A program made the position numbers and the translations under genes. Below, in pieces: positions 50,901 through 61,168 of a stretch of DNA of 64,000 nucleotides (positions are counted from its first letter, which is position 1; each line of letters begins with the position of its first letter). The stretch is from Lingula anatina (lineage: Eukaryota; Animalia; Brachiopoda), in contig CM120641.1 of assembly GCA_051362555.1 (NCBI GenBank), forward strand, positions 12,710,001 through 12,774,000, in the 5' to 3' direction. The notes below the pieces were generated by a model. The model had not been told where the DNA came from. It saw only the letters and a list, made by a program, of their open reading frames with translations, and ran no database searches.

Positions 50901-51950
50901 TTCCCCATTTCTTAAAGGCTTGTGTGTCAAATATCGTGTCATTTTATCTGGACCAGAGTGAAAAATAACCTGTTATAGTACCTAGTAATGATTTTCCATT
51001 TTCGAATGACAAAAAAGGTAATGAACTGAGGTGAAATCTACCCTTTGTACAATCCAAGTTGCCCTCACATGTGAAGTTTCTTATGATACCCTCTGAGTGA
51101 TAAGTACCTGTCTAGGTTTACAAATACCTTGGTATGACTTGATGAGGTTTATCCTCCCCTTGTTCTGTTTTCTAAACATTCCCATTTGCTTTCTCCTTTC
51201 CCTGCATGGGGTGACCGCTTGGTGTGTGTTTTATCCTTGCAGAAAACTGGCAATGCAATTCGAGCTCTAGGCCGCATGGCATCATTACAGAAATCCTTGG
51301 GCGGAGGCAAGAAAAAGAAGACTGGGGACAGCAAGGACACTGCCAAGGACCGTGTGCAATCGGAGCCTGTCTTGAAAGAGGAGATGAATGGAAATGATGT
51401 GGAAAATAACCAGCATGATTTGAAAGGTGTTATTGGATCAAGGCATGCTGTTTCTGTTGACTCAACTCTGCATGGAGCCTCTAACAGAATGACAAAGCAT
51501 GAGAAAAGTCCAAACAACCATGAGAACAACTCGTTCACAACTACTTCTTATTCTGTTCCCAAAAAGGTGGAAGAAATGGTGAAGAAATCAACTGCAGCTA
51601 GAGAAATGGAAGAGGAAGAGGAATTGGGTGTCAGGAAAATGGCTCCCAAGTTTATTAAAGAAATGAGTGACTGCACAGCATTTGTTGGGGACAGTGCAAG
51701 ATTTGATTGTAAAGTTGTAACTGGGACACGAGAAGCAGATGTTCACTGGTTCAAAGATGGTAAGGAGATTCGTGATGACCCTCATTTTCAGTTTCAAGAT
51801 GGCAGCCGTGGGGCACATTCTTTGATTATTCGTAATGTGTCTCCCAGTGACAGTGGCGAATATGAGTGTAGGGTTGTCACGGCAACTGGTGAAGCTTCTT
51901 CGTGTGAGGCTGATCTGAAAGTGAAACAACTTCCAGGATCACGCCATTAA
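1368..51950 (+). CDS. MYLK: Myosin light chain kinase, smooth-muscle/Stretchin-MLCK-like giant multi-exon gene (5' end outside window); span of coding exons
   Basis: Chain of phase-compatible GT-AG exons giving Ig x10 - FN3 - kinase (LGKGRFG, FAAK, HLDLKPEN, DFG, GTPEFIAPE) - ARRKWQKTGNAIRALGRM (cf. smMLCK RS20 ARRKWQKTGHAVRAIGRLSS) - C-terminal Ig; stop TAA at 51948-51950. Confidence 0.9.
2117..2240 (+). CDS. MLCK-like exon, Ig1 N-half
   Basis: SPAFQRPLKDCSVPEGSTARFDCKITGYPEPDIVW; ttttag / gtgag. Confidence 0.93.
2543..2718 (+). CDS. MLCK-like exon, Ig1 C-half
   Basis: YKGS...SLVIRNAQVTDEGHYTCKAQS...LTVE; ccacag / gtaagt; phase 2 join completes W. Confidence 0.93.
2874..2922 (+). CDS. MLCK-like short linker exon (TVKKPAEAAKVKEEGPK)
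   Basis: tttcag / gtaagt; bridges phase 1 to phase 2. Confidence 0.85.
4054..4186 (+). CDS. MLCK-like exon, Ig2 N-half
   Basis: FPPYFIRELKSVNVRRGDSVQFYARI...VKWMKDGVP; ttacag / gtgagt. Confidence 0.9.
5313..5360. repeat. (CA)n microsatellite
   Basis: Direct reading, one CATA interruption. Confidence 0.95.
11659..11839 (+). CDS. MLCK-like exon, Ig2 C-half
   Basis: LLEIQEASLSDSGNYTCIA...AQLKVT; tttcag / gtaagt; phase 0 matches 4186. Confidence 0.9.
12112..12186. repeat. 29-bp minisatellite, ~2.5 copies (ggggtctcttatgaaWaagagggtctttt)
   Basis: Units start at 12112, 12141 and 12170. Confidence 0.9.
13713..13770 (+). CDS. MLCK-like acidic linker exon (DLDEEENEDEMAYVSRLEWR)
   Basis: tttcag / gtaagt; bridges phase 1 to phase 2. 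Confidence 0.85.
19025..19175 (+). CDS. MLCK-like exon, Ig3 N-half
   Basis: KPQITKTLQDLECVEGEPAVIECKLHGTPKPEVTWRKDG; ttttag / gtttgt. Confidence 0.92.
24965..25103 (+). CDS. MLCK-like exon, Ig3 C-half
   Basis: GIELSHLGDTCRLKFTETYLDDEGEYSITAVNEEGSVTCKCTLKVQ; tgtag / gtatgt. Confidence 0.92.
25869..29987 (+). CDS. Giant (~4.1 kb, ~1373 codon) symmetric exon encoding a K/E/S-rich disordered region
   Basis: 1446-aa ORF; ttttag acceptor in phase 1. Phase-1 donor G|gtgtgt lies where composition turns intron-like; an alternative in-frame donor G|gtaagt is at 30149, so the 3' end is uncertain. Confidence 0.85.
32252..32258 (+). promoter_or_regulatory. Candidate TATA box for an internal promoter
   Basis: TATAAAA ~40 nt upstream of the strong-Kozak ATG at 32294. 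Confidence 0.3.
32294..35528 (+). CDS. Giant (~3.2 kb) probable alternative first coding exon: MGSVSSK, FN3 domain, long Ser/Thr-rich disordered region
   Basis: 1133-aa ORF; aacATGG Kozak; FN3 motifs (VTIKW...YVVQVR...W...DLTPDTEYEFRIRS); phase-1 donor G|gtaaat compatible with downstream exons. Confidence 0.8.
35890..35925 (+). CDS. 36-nt acidic cassette exon (GAEGKDEEDASE)
   Basis: poly-T tract + ag, G|gtgagg, phase 1-1, purine-rich. Confidence 0.75.
36231..36439 (+). CDS. MLCK-like exon, Ig4 N-half
   Basis: APHFIIKPRKQFIDEGQTAKFKASVEGRPAPQLTWKKDG; cagcag acceptor / gtatgg. Confidence 0.93.
37353..37482 (+). CDS. MLCK-like exon, Ig4 C-half
   Basis: FEISDITLEDAADYSCTVSNCAGSDTVTMELSVY; tttcag / gtaagt. 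Confidence 0.92.
37902..38000 (+). CDS. MLCK-like exon, Ig5 N-part
   Basis: APEFEKNIEDLSTKAGETITLECIVTG; cttcag / gtatag. Confidence 0.92.
38898..38934. repeat. (GT)n microsatellite
   Basis: Direct reading. Confidence 0.95.
39198..39395 (+). CDS. MLCK-like exon, Ig5 C-part
   Basis: GNPTPTVTWNK...EDTAKYECVAKNSAGE; ctgcag / gtgagt. Confidence 0.93.
39706..39795 (+). CDS. MLCK-like exon, Ig6 N-part
   Basis: PPEFTKHLKSMTVLDGDTVILECKVTG; ttgtag / gttagt. Confidence 0.92.
40215..40305. repeat. (AT)n microsatellite, ~45 units
   Basis: Direct reading. Confidence 0.97.
40553..40750 (+). CDS. MLCK-like exon, Ig6 C-part
   Basis: GFPTPDVHW...LKINEAFPEDTGEYVCIASNEEG; ttccag / gtatgt. Confidence 0.93.
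41260..41427 (+). CDS. MLCK-like exon, linker + Ig7 N-part
   Basis: APIFLKHLEDATANDGDRVELVVRVTG; ttacag / gtgggt. Confidence 0.9.
42426..42626 (+). CDS. MLCK-like exon, Ig7 C-part
   Basis: GTEPIDIVWVHNG...FPDDGGEYVCEAYNAAG; ttgcag / gtaaat. Confidence 0.93.
42979..43086 (+). CDS. Probable cassette exon, basic then acidic (GSHRNRKHKSKLKPK...EFELEDDVFE)
   Basis: Good pyrimidine tract + tag; G|gtaaag (second in-frame donor at 43095); 108 nt phase 1-1. Confidence 0.65.
43773..43936 (+). CDS. MLCK-like exon, Ig8 N-half
   Basis: PPDFLEVPKSQCVEEGTGATFRCRVTGVPIPNVQWKKDG; tttcag / gtacaa. Confidence 0.93.
44284..44682 (+). CDS. MLCK-like exon, Ig8 C-half, linker, Ig9 N-half
   Basis: DAGSYTIVLENSEG...PEFISTLQDKRVAEGDTAVLECTVSAYPEPVITW; tttcag / gtattt. 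Confidence 0.93.
44915..45062 (+). CDS. MLCK-like exon, Ig9 C-half
   Basis: ESKYFQ...LVILEAYPEDEGLYMCTANNSLGSANCKCELFVE; tttcag / gtaaga. Confidence 0.93.
45310..45480 (+). CDS. MLCK-like exon, Ig10 N-half
   Basis: APKILEPPLNVSVKRGRKFQLRAKI...ISWYKG; tttcag / gtgatg. Confidence 0.9.
45811..45954 (+). CDS. MLCK-like exon, Ig10 C-half
   Basis: EDSGKYRLVVANKDGEAQATASVTVE; catcag / gtatgt. Confidence 0.92.
46542..46711 (+). CDS. MLCK-like exon, pre-kinase FN3 N-half
   Basis: DVPDPPGQP...LSWSGPPFDGGSIVANYKIE; ccccag / gtatag. Confidence 0.94.
46975..47179 (+). CDS. MLCK-like exon, FN3 C-half and linker
   Basis: DLVPETEYLFRVSAENKHGLSEPS; ccacag / gtagga. Confidence 0.93.
47757..47777 (+). CDS. 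Candidate 21-nt microexon (GRSMSLS)
   Basis: ~24-nt almost pure pyrimidine tract + tag, CAG|gtaaac donor, phase 1-1. Confidence 0.5.
47854..47906. repeat. (TTTA)n microsatellite
   Basis: Direct reading. Confidence 0.95.
48547..48634 (+). CDS. MLCK kinase exon 1 (...FSDSYETLEELGK)
   Basis: ttttag / gtaagt; start of kinase subdomain I. Confidence 0.93.
48897..49097 (+). CDS. MLCK kinase exon 2 (GRFG...FAAKFIK...VMEY)
   Basis: Subdomains I-V; caacag / gtaagt. Confidence 0.96.
49358..49699 (+). CDS. MLCK kinase exon 3 (GGELFERI...HLDLKPEN...DFG...APE...DMWSVGVICYIL)
   Basis: Catalytic core, MLCK-typical; ttacag / gtaagt. Confidence 0.97.
49980..50132 (+). CDS. MLCK kinase exon 4 (LSGLSPFMGDNDAETL...)
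   Basis: ttccag / gtgagt. Confidence 0.96.
50337..50460 (+). CDS. MLCK kinase end + autoinhibitory/CaM-binding start (HPWL...LARRKWQ)
   Basis: ttttag / gtaaga. Confidence 0.96.
51243..51950 (+). CDS. Terminal exon: CaM-binding end (KTGNAIRALGRM), linker, telokin-like Ig, stop
   Basis: ttgcag acceptor in phase 0; APKFIKEMSD...ARFDCKV...WFKDG...DSGEYECRV; TAA 51948-51950. Confidence 0.94.
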   Translation, partial: KTGNAIRALGRMASLQKSLGGGKKKKTGDSKDTAKDRVQSEPVLKEEMNGNDVENNQHDLKGVIGSRHAVSVDSTLHGASNRMTKHEKSPNNHENNSFTTTSYSVPKKVEEMVKKSTAAREMEEEEELGVRKMAPKFIKEMSDCTAFVGDSARFDCKVVTGTREADVHWFKDGKEIRDDPHFQFQDGSRGAHSLIIRNVSPSDSGEYECRVVTATGEASSCEADLKVKQLPGSRH

Positions 51951-52117
51951 GTTAATAACCAAGTCAGCTATGTTGCTTTGTGTCTTCATGAGTTCTATTA
52001 TTAGTTACTGCGTGACCAAGTTGCTGTCTCCTGTCACCACTTAGGTGGAGAGAGTAGATGGTGACAAAATCCCACTATCTGGTGTATGAATTCATGCTTA
52101 CATAAATGCCCTACAGT

Positions 52118-53348
52118 AATAAAGACATCTTTAAAAATGTAAATATCAACTACAAGAATCAGTGGCTTAAACAGTCACTCTTTTTATCTTTTTTACCCTG
52201 AAAAGAATCCCAATCATTGTACATCAAAACAGATTTCATGTGGTGTGTATTTGTGCCACAATATCAAGATCATGTGGTGTGTAAAAAGGTCTGTTATTGG
52301 TGACATTATATAGGTTGGCTACATTGTCTAACTAAAGTAGTACAATTGGCATGTTGAGGAATTAACTCAAATCCCCATTCTCACAAGCCAGAATGTGACA
52401 TTATAAATGTAATATCACGACTTTTAGCCAGCCTCCTGTTCTAGAGATGGATGTCATGGCCATATAATGTGCCTTGAGAAAATAAAAAGCAGAAATAAAT
52501 CGCACATTTGTCATGATGATAAAGTTAAGAGGAGTAGAGAATATTGTTTTAGTTTCATTTTTTTCTATGCAGTAATAATGCAAAACTAGCAATGCCGTAC
52601 TATGCAATACAGTTGAAAAAAATATGCAACAATGATAATAAAGATAATAATGTGCTTGTTTAGATTTCATTAAGGCCTTGATAGATTAACCCTTTCTGGA
52701 CCGACCCTCTCAAAGTGTTTGGAAGGGGTTAATCGCAAGGTTAAACTTTTCTCCCCAGGTTACCCTGAGCCTGGGCTGTACAGTGTAAAGTAGAGCTTAG
52801 ACTAGTTGTATTATACACCATTTGCAGTGCAGGATTTCTCCATAGCCAAACACAGACTGTAAAGTAGTATGGAAATTTTAAGCATCTGTGCTATATTTAT
52901 AATTTTACTTTAAGGTATAGAATAAAGCCAGTAGAAATAAAGTGCAAGTATTATATAGATATTAAATATATGGCCTGTAAACATAGATTTGGATAGTGTG
53001 ATAAGTGGAGGCTGTGACTGCATAATTTGTGTAATTTATTGAACCAAGTGAAAAACAAAAAAGGACATTTTTATCATGTTGCTCAAACACACTATACAGG
53101 TGATGGTGATAAAGTGAGTTGTGAAACCTGTGTTTAGATGTGTTTTTGAGAAAGGAGAATAACCCCACAGTGACTAGGTTCCTTGAGGAGAATTATTGGA
53201 AATTTATTGTGTATTGTTTTATATATTGTACTCAGTTTCTGCAGTGTTACTTGTTGGTAATATTTTGTGCTTTTTATTTACTTTCTAGCTTTACCTGCAC
53301 TGCATTGCTCTGCATCAAACTGAATCCTTCTTTGGTACTATCAATAAA
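52118..53348 (+). terminator. Candidate polyadenylation signals in the MLCK 3' UTR
   Basis: AATAAA at 52118, 52481, 52921, 52936 and 53343; which one is used cannot be told. Confidence 0.4.
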
Positions 53349-56300
53349 TTATATATATAAAAGTAAAAGGATTGTGTTCTTTTTCTGACTTTTTAACACA
53401 GTTTATGTGATTTTCAAAATCTGCCAATGTTATAAAGATCTGAAAATATAAAATACAGTATCTTAACAAAAAGAGAATGAATACTTTGTCCAAAAGATTG
53501 GGCTTTAATTAATTAATATTTACTGCTATTTAAAAAAATTAAACGTTGGGCATCAAGGCAGGAGCAAGTGTTTTGAAAACCACATTCTATGCACAACACC
53601 CTCTCTTTTCCACAGTTACTAGTGTACACTAGAGACGGGAATTGCTTATCTAAATTCTGACGGTTGGGTTGAATGGCCCATGACATGCTGAAAAATAGAA
53701 TTCCAGCTAAAATATATATATATATCATCATCATCATCATCATCATCGTCACCAAGAAGTACTATGCACCCTTTATCCACCCCACACCCTATTTTAAAAA
53801 TTAACTTGGGGGCACTTCTTAACCAGAAAAGACAACCCAGGCACTGTTCTTTCTAACAAATACTATCACTAATCAGCGCAGATGGCCTTCTGTAAGATAA
53901 CCTCATCTCAAAAGGAAAGAAATTAATAGAACATGGCATCCCCACCCTTTCAAAACAAAAATGACTTACGTTATATGAATTAATAATATAATTTTAGAAA
54001 TCATAATACGAGTCTCTTACAAAAACTGCAAACTTCATTGGATATATTTTACCATATTTTTGTGATGCATTCATAGGATATTAAAAAAATATGAATGCAG
54101 GTGACAGGCAACAAGCAATTTTAATCACAATTATAACTGATCACAATGATGCTTTTTGTAACGATGGTATGAAAAATTGAGATGACAAACGTAAGGATTA
54201 ACTTAAACTCAGAAGTTTTTGACGGAAAAGTGGTTAGTTTTTTAATCAATAATATTAATGTCTCCTCATTAACCCAAGCGAAAGGATAAGTAAAGGACAA
54301 ACACAAATATAGTGTTCGAAATTTGGCTGTTGACGGCCGCTTTTATTGAAAGGTGCCTCTAGTAAAGGAATAGTGTTAGTTATATAGCATTAGATTATGT
54401 TAAATAAATTAGAATTAATTAAAATTACTTAATGTTATAGCATAAAAAATAAATATCAAAAAAAAGTAGTGCACGTATTTTGATTATTGGGGTTGCAAAG
54501 AGGCCAATATTTAATTTTATTCAAAATGTGCGTCTAGGATGATGAGCAAAAAAGAAGGGGTGCTCTTTTTCCGCCCACCCACCCTCTGTTCTGTTCTTTG
54601 AATATTCCCGTCTCGCTTAGACGCACCATTAGCTCATTTTCGTTAATAATTGTCAGTAAGTATTAGTTTTGGGAAATTAATGTGATTAAATTATTCCACT
54701 TTCTTCATATATTCACCTCCACAGGAATTAAGTTACTGTTATCCAGACTGATTTAAAATCAAAATCTTAGACACGTGTCATTTATAACCAAGTTTCTCAT
54801 TGACACCGGTTGGTTAGCGTTCTTTATCCCGTGAAAAAGTATGAGGATCTTCCGACTGAGCAGAGAGTATATAGTATTTGTAGTCATCCCCCTTTCCTTC
54901 ATTGCTACTTTTTTTTACTACACACACTTAAAAGTTGCTTCCTACACTACTGTTTTATAATCATTCTGGTTTATAAAAGTAAATGGAAAATATAATATAA
55001 ACTCCCTGGTTCCATTCAGCAGCATGTATAAGAAAAATCAGATATTAAGGCCACTAAAAGCACATTAAGCAGCACCATGTAAGGATGTGCACATCCAGGC
55101 ACAATTGTTGATTGTGTCCGTTGCTTTGAATTCTGGAGTTCCAAAGAACTGTAGGTGTCAAATATCCCGAGACCCCCCCCCCCCCTCCCACACACACACA
55201 CTTACAGTTCTTATAGTTTTTTTTATTTTTTAATTTTTAGTTTCTTTTATTAATTAATTAATTAATTTGAAATCATTTTGAATTGATAAAATATTTCACC
55301 TACTTGAACAGCACCGTCACTGTATCTATGGATAAAAACCAATTTGAAATCCACTGAAATCTCAAGAAGTGTTTAAAGAACGAATAAAAGGGATCTTCAG
55401 CACCATTTATCCGAATGGATTAAGAATTAATTAATAAAGAACAGAATGAAGGAAAAAGAAAAAAATAGACGCAGCTATTCCTATGAATTAAGATATTCAG
55501 GCTATCATGTTAAGTATAAGACTGACCAAGGATTGACTTATACCAATTAAAGCACGATCTATTTCAATCTATTTCAATCAATCAGTGCACTTGAACTGAG
55601 CTCCTCTCGAGTCTCCTTTAAAATATTTGGATTTTCCCCAAACATCGTCTGGATTACCGTCCCGTTAGTAATGGTTACCTTGGTGATGATGGATTACGGT
55701 TTTTCAACGCACAGCACATACCGCTAACGTGGCACAGCCCTTGAACACGTTTAAATCATTTGACGGTTATTTTGACATTCAAAAAGATTCTTCCTGTTAG
55801 TGCGTGTCACGGATCAGAACTCCAGCACTACATCCAGGACATAATTCTAAGGCAGTAACCTTATGTTACTTGATTGAATTATTGCAGCTGGTCTTTCTGG
55901 TGAAGTTATCTGTCGAGATAGTTTTACCGCTTTGACTCGATAAACCCTATTTTTAAGCACGAAATTAGCCCCTAATATGTATTTTTTCTCTAAATTCTTC
56001 CATGACATTGCACAGAAGAAGGTGAAAGGCCTTTTGAAGCAGATTGGCATAGACGTAATTATCCTTAGCCAACTTTAACATGAATCGAACATAAACATCC
56101 AGTGTAGTTGCGTAACTGCAATTACTTCAGCAAGAAAAATGTCATCCATTTCTTATCCCACGCGCACATCCATTCTTATTAAAACTTCTCTCCAAACTTT
56201 AATTGACAGACCATACAGCAATTATAAAGGCTAAAATCCTATCTATAACTTACAGGCCACTGTCTAAATAACAAATCATACATAAGCACCCGCGAAATCT

Positions 56301-56466
56301 CTAATATTAGCACGTCAGTATGCTCTGAGATATGAAAGTAGCAGACGATTAGGAAGCACATATAGTCATTAATTACTGTAGTCCAAATAAAACAATGACA
56401 ATGATAATATGTGTCTTTGACATACAGTATGACCTTCAAATCCTTTTATCTAAAAAAATCCTGCAG

Positions 56467-56703
56467 GTTCATCACCATCGCCCGTCTTATCCCTTCCCTC
56501 TCTCCCCGCTCCGGAATCTGCCGCTCTTGGCTTAGAGCAGCAATGTGACGTCATCTCTGGCATTTCTGATCTGAAGCATCTCCAGGAATGCCAGACCAGC
56601 GCCTCCGAGAGCCCAGCCTCTCAGAACAGCACAGAGGAGGGAGAGCAACACCGAAGAGAGGGGGAACAGCCTCCTCCTAAAGACAATCTACCTAAGAAAT
56701 CAG
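56467..56703 (+). CDS. Probable S/P/E-rich exon of the downstream Ig-repeat gene or isoform
   Basis: ctgcag acceptor, G|gtaact donor, 237 nt phase 1-1, open frame (GSSPSPVLSLP...KDNLPKKS), GC-rich. Confidence 0.6.
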
Positions 56704-58350
56704 GTAACTTTTACACATTGAACTTTCAATTCTATTCAAAACTTTGATATGGCACCAGAAAGTTGTCAGGTGTTTCGTGTTTTTTGGGCGATGTTTGATT
56801 TACCTACATTCCAACCCGTAGGATGTGGCAGCTGTTTTCAGGTAATAAGTCTTAAGGCAATGCTTTCCCAGATAGACGGACCATTCATTTTTTCTATCTC
56901 TCTCTATAGCTAGCTACTTTAGAAATATTCGATATTTTACCTGCTGAAAGCTGATTTGTTTCGCACTTAAGCTGATATTTACCAATTATTGTTTATTATT
57001 GGTGTAAAGGTCAACGGGGCTTTTATGTACTATTCCATTTGCAACGGAATTTTTCATTTATGCTGTTGACATGTTTTGCATCATTTTGCTTTCTGAAAAG
57101 TGGCAAACAGAGTTTAAACAAACGAAAAATTAAGTTTAAATTTCAATTGCTGATATTTATGGTATGGAATACTTGTCATTTAGTGACATGCACTTTCTAG
57201 TGTGTTAAAACTGTTAAGTCTGTGCTGCAGTTAGAATATGGAATATACATTCGGCAAATCGTCCATTTATTGTTTCGAGGAAATGCTGTTTTGTGGGGTT
57301 TAATAATGAAGGTGCCAAATTATATAACTGTCTTTTAGAAAATCAAACCCTAAGTTCTTTTAGATTCCAAAGGACGTATATAAAACACAAGAGACTATGT
57401 GATTCAACACTTTAAGTATTTTCAACTGTTTAAGATTTCAGATGGTTACTTTATACAATAATCACCTGTAGGTGATGGCAGAGAAAATGGAAAGTCATAC
57501 ACTGTTTCGTCCAGCAGTGATAACAGATTAATTTTGTTGATATATAACCCTTTCGCCCACGAAAACCTTATAGGAGCAACGGTGTTTTGGTGCGTTAGTC
57601 GTATAATTTAGGTCCCATATGTTTTCACAGGTAGTCTTCTGTTTTGCAATGTTTACAGCGTGCTAGCCAGCTGCCTATTTAAACCAATTAAAAGAGAAGC
57701 AATCTATTTCAAGATATAGATGTGTTTATATGTGCTTGCAATGGCCCCAATTATTTGTGAAGGGATGGGATCACTGTATGAGTTTAAAAAAATGGTTCGT
57801 TCTTATGGCTATTTTTTTCCTTATTGTAGACAGGTCGGTTGGGGGGGGGGGGGGGCGAGAGTGATTGTTTTCTGCGTTGCAGATAACTGGCAATGTTCCA
57901 AATGGGTAAATTTACGAAAACGATCTAATCTGACGAAAAAGAAACCCTTGAAACTGACAGGAAAACTGAAACCCACTTGATAATTCAAACAACATTTTTT
58001 ACCCGTTATACACAGTGTTGTTACCAGTGCCTACCTGGAGGAGAAACTTTATTTTTACCTGAGTGTAGCTTCAAGTCTGTTTAAACCAATCAGCATGCAA
58101 CCCACACAGAATTAGCCCCGTATGATACTTGATCTGGTCCATCTGCGGGAACTCTTCTCTTACTCAAGCAGCCTACGTAGATAGAGCAATATATTCGGCT
58201 GCTGGCACGATCTTGACTTTGGATGTTATATAGAAGTCATGGGGGAAGCATAGTCAGGCAGACAGGTCTAATTAGACGGCAGATTATTAGCGCGCCGCTT
58301 CCCCCGTCTTCCAAAGCCTGTAACAGTTTCTGCTTTCTGCTTTCTTTTAG

Positions 58351-58635
58351 CCCCGATATTCATCGTCAAAATGCCCGGTTCGAAGGAGGAGGTGCGACTT
58401 GGGGAAACAAAACGCTTCGAATGTCAGGTCGTCGGATTTCCCCGACCTGAGATCAGATGGTTTAAAGATGAAGTGGATATAACCGAAAACCCAAGATACA
58501 AATTCAATTTTCACGATGATGGAGTCATATCCCTGCTTATCGAGAACATATCTGCCAAAGATGAAGGAGCCTACAAGTGTCTTGCCAAGAACACTGAGGG
58601 AACGGCCTCCACAACGGCATATCTCTTGGTTAAAG
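58351..58635 (+). CDS. Single-exon I-set Ig domain (titin/telokin-like)
   Basis: APIFIVK...RFECQVVGFPRPEIRWFKD...DEGAYKCLAKNTEG; ttttag / gtaagg; phase 1-1. Confidence 0.93.
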
Positions 58636-60009
58636 GTAAGGAAAGAACATAAACAAAGTTTTAAAAATATATTTCTGTTCTCAGCACTGCATTGTTAAAT
58701 ACAGAACTATTTTAATGATTCATGTTTAAGAGATAATTTTTATTTCCTTAAGACAGCTAATGAGTCTATACAAAGTTGGAAACTAAACAGCAGCTACACA
58801 TATCTGAAAAAAATATGGGAAAAATGCATCGGTTTATATTTACAAAAGGTCTTTGAAATGAATATAGCAAGAGATGTGTGCCATTCTCTCATTTCTTGAA
58901 CGCCTACAAACACCTGAAAAACATATTTCCTTCACCTGTATCAGCTACGGTATCTCGAAAATCTAAACGAGAGCACTCGACCAAATCCTACCTTCCAAAT
59001 TCTCTTAAAAAAAAAAAAAAAGCAGAAGCAGATAATAGACCATGTCTTGATCTTTTATTAATTATTACTGCTAAATTGTGCAAATGGTTTTAATGGTAAT
59101 TAATCTATATTTCATTATTATGTTTAATCATGAAAACTACCAGATATATATATTAAATACCATAAATCTCATCTGGAGTCACAAGACCTGCGCATCATGC
59201 CCTAACATTTTTTTTCCTTTTTTCTTTCCTCTTCGGGTGTATTCATATCGTGCATCTTAAATGCCACTCTTTTGCGCACACTGGGCTTGAAATATCACAT
59301 CGCGGTCGTTTCATATTACCAAAGCTTGTTATGTTCCTCCCGTGTGGAGAAGAACCAAAATCTCATGTTTATATTCTTTTAATCAACAAGGTTATCTTAC
59401 AATAAAGCTGCGCTATCATGGCCGAATTTAATAAATCTCATTGCGCATCGAGTACTGAGGTATATGTCTTAACATATTAAATTATTTTTACGTGTTTGGA
59501 TACTCCCCATATATATAATTGCAACCCTTGGCGATTAAACACTGGTGGAGCCCTTAAACTCACCTGGGTTATTATAATAATAAAAGCGTCGGTGCTGTCA
59601 AAGCTGCTTTCTTTCAGGTACCTTGTTAGTCATATATCCTACAAGGGAAGTTCAAACTCAGATTTTGTGATGACTGCATCATTATGGGGATATGAATGAC
59701 TGAAAATAGATGACATCAAATCACATCTCTGTTTTTCAAATTTGTCCCCGGGATGTATAACTATATTGTTTGCCATTTTATCACCAAGAGCATAACACTG
59801 CTTAGTATACGCGTATGCGTGAAAGCATTCAATCTTAGTTTTCTGTCATATTCAAAACCCTGTGTTTTCGATTCGCAAATGCCGTTTATGTGTTTTCAAA
59901 ACAAAAAAAGGCAAGATGCAAAATTTTTAATAAACGGCAAACAGTGCTAAAACCATATGTCATATAAAGGAACATGCATATTTTATTGTTTTAACATTAT
60001 TTCATACCT

Positions 60010-60170
60010 TTGGAATTATAAAATCCAGCGTCAGAGGGTAAATGCTTTTGACATGGATCATCAAGGCACGCTTACCACCTGCAACAGGAAGACACGGCGG
60101 TGGCCAGTGGTGCTCTTTTTCAACATGATTGATGTTGATGCAGTTACAGGCTTCGTCATTTGGCCATGGA
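60010..60170 (+). mobile_element. Degenerate piggyBac (PGBD4/DDE_Tnp_1_7-like) transposase fragment
   Basis: VNAFD...TCNRKTRRWPVVLFFNMIDV.A.T.FVIW matches the piggyBac third-D region GVD..D...YS..RKTRRWP...F....D.A..N.FV. Confidence 0.8.
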
Positions 60171-61168
60171 ACTCAATGATATAAAGGGTCTTAGTAAAGA
60201 GAAAATGTGATTTAAAAATATTAGCAAATAGATATTAGAATAGCTTATTGATCAACCCAATATTTTTATTCTGATAACAACTAAATATCCAGATACATGT
60301 AGAACATTTCCCTAAATTGCGGCTCAGTGTACAAAGCATACTAGTAATAGTTTCTACTGCACAAAATGCCATACCCTACTAATTGGAGGATGCCTTCAGA
60401 GATTTCAGTGGCCTCTTTCCAAATAATCAGCGCTGAACTTTCCTAGCTGTGGAGGGGATTTGACTGAAAAACAGCCACAAAAATAGGTCCCATAATGCAA
60501 TGAAAATAAACACACTAAAACATACGTCTTCCAGAAAGTGATAGGTTCAAATATATATATACATTTATTTTCGCAAGATATTGCTTAGTGATCGGCACTT
60601 CTCTGCAAACGCCATACACTGAAATGATATTCTATTTATGAGTGAAAATTGCCTTGAGGTTTTTTTCCTATCAGTTCTGATTTATCTAAAAAGATTGCCA
60701 AGCAGTGGGACTTATCAGTATAACTGAATTATGTTATGGTATAAAAACCCATTGCGTTGAACATGTGCGCCTTTCCTATATCCTAGAAAGTTGCATAAAT
60801 CTGGTTATTACACTGTACTGTCAATTCACGGAAACACAGCGGCCTGAAGTAAGCATCTAGGATAGACAGATAAAGAAAACGATAAGACCGTCAGTTCATT
60901 TCTGCTTTATTAAAAAACTTTTCTATACAACACACGATGCGTGCTGATAGCATATCTAAATTTGATATTGTTTGGACTAGCCGCCTTTTCATGACTGCAA
61001 GTATTGGTTGTTTTGGCTTTGGAATCGGATTGAAATTTCATACTGATAAATGAAATAATGGTCAAGTACATGTCAACAGAGTCGTAGCTCGTGTTAGTAT
61101 TGGTAAATGTTTAATCAATAATTGCTCACAACAATGATTAAATTAATATCATTTTTAATTATCTTCAG

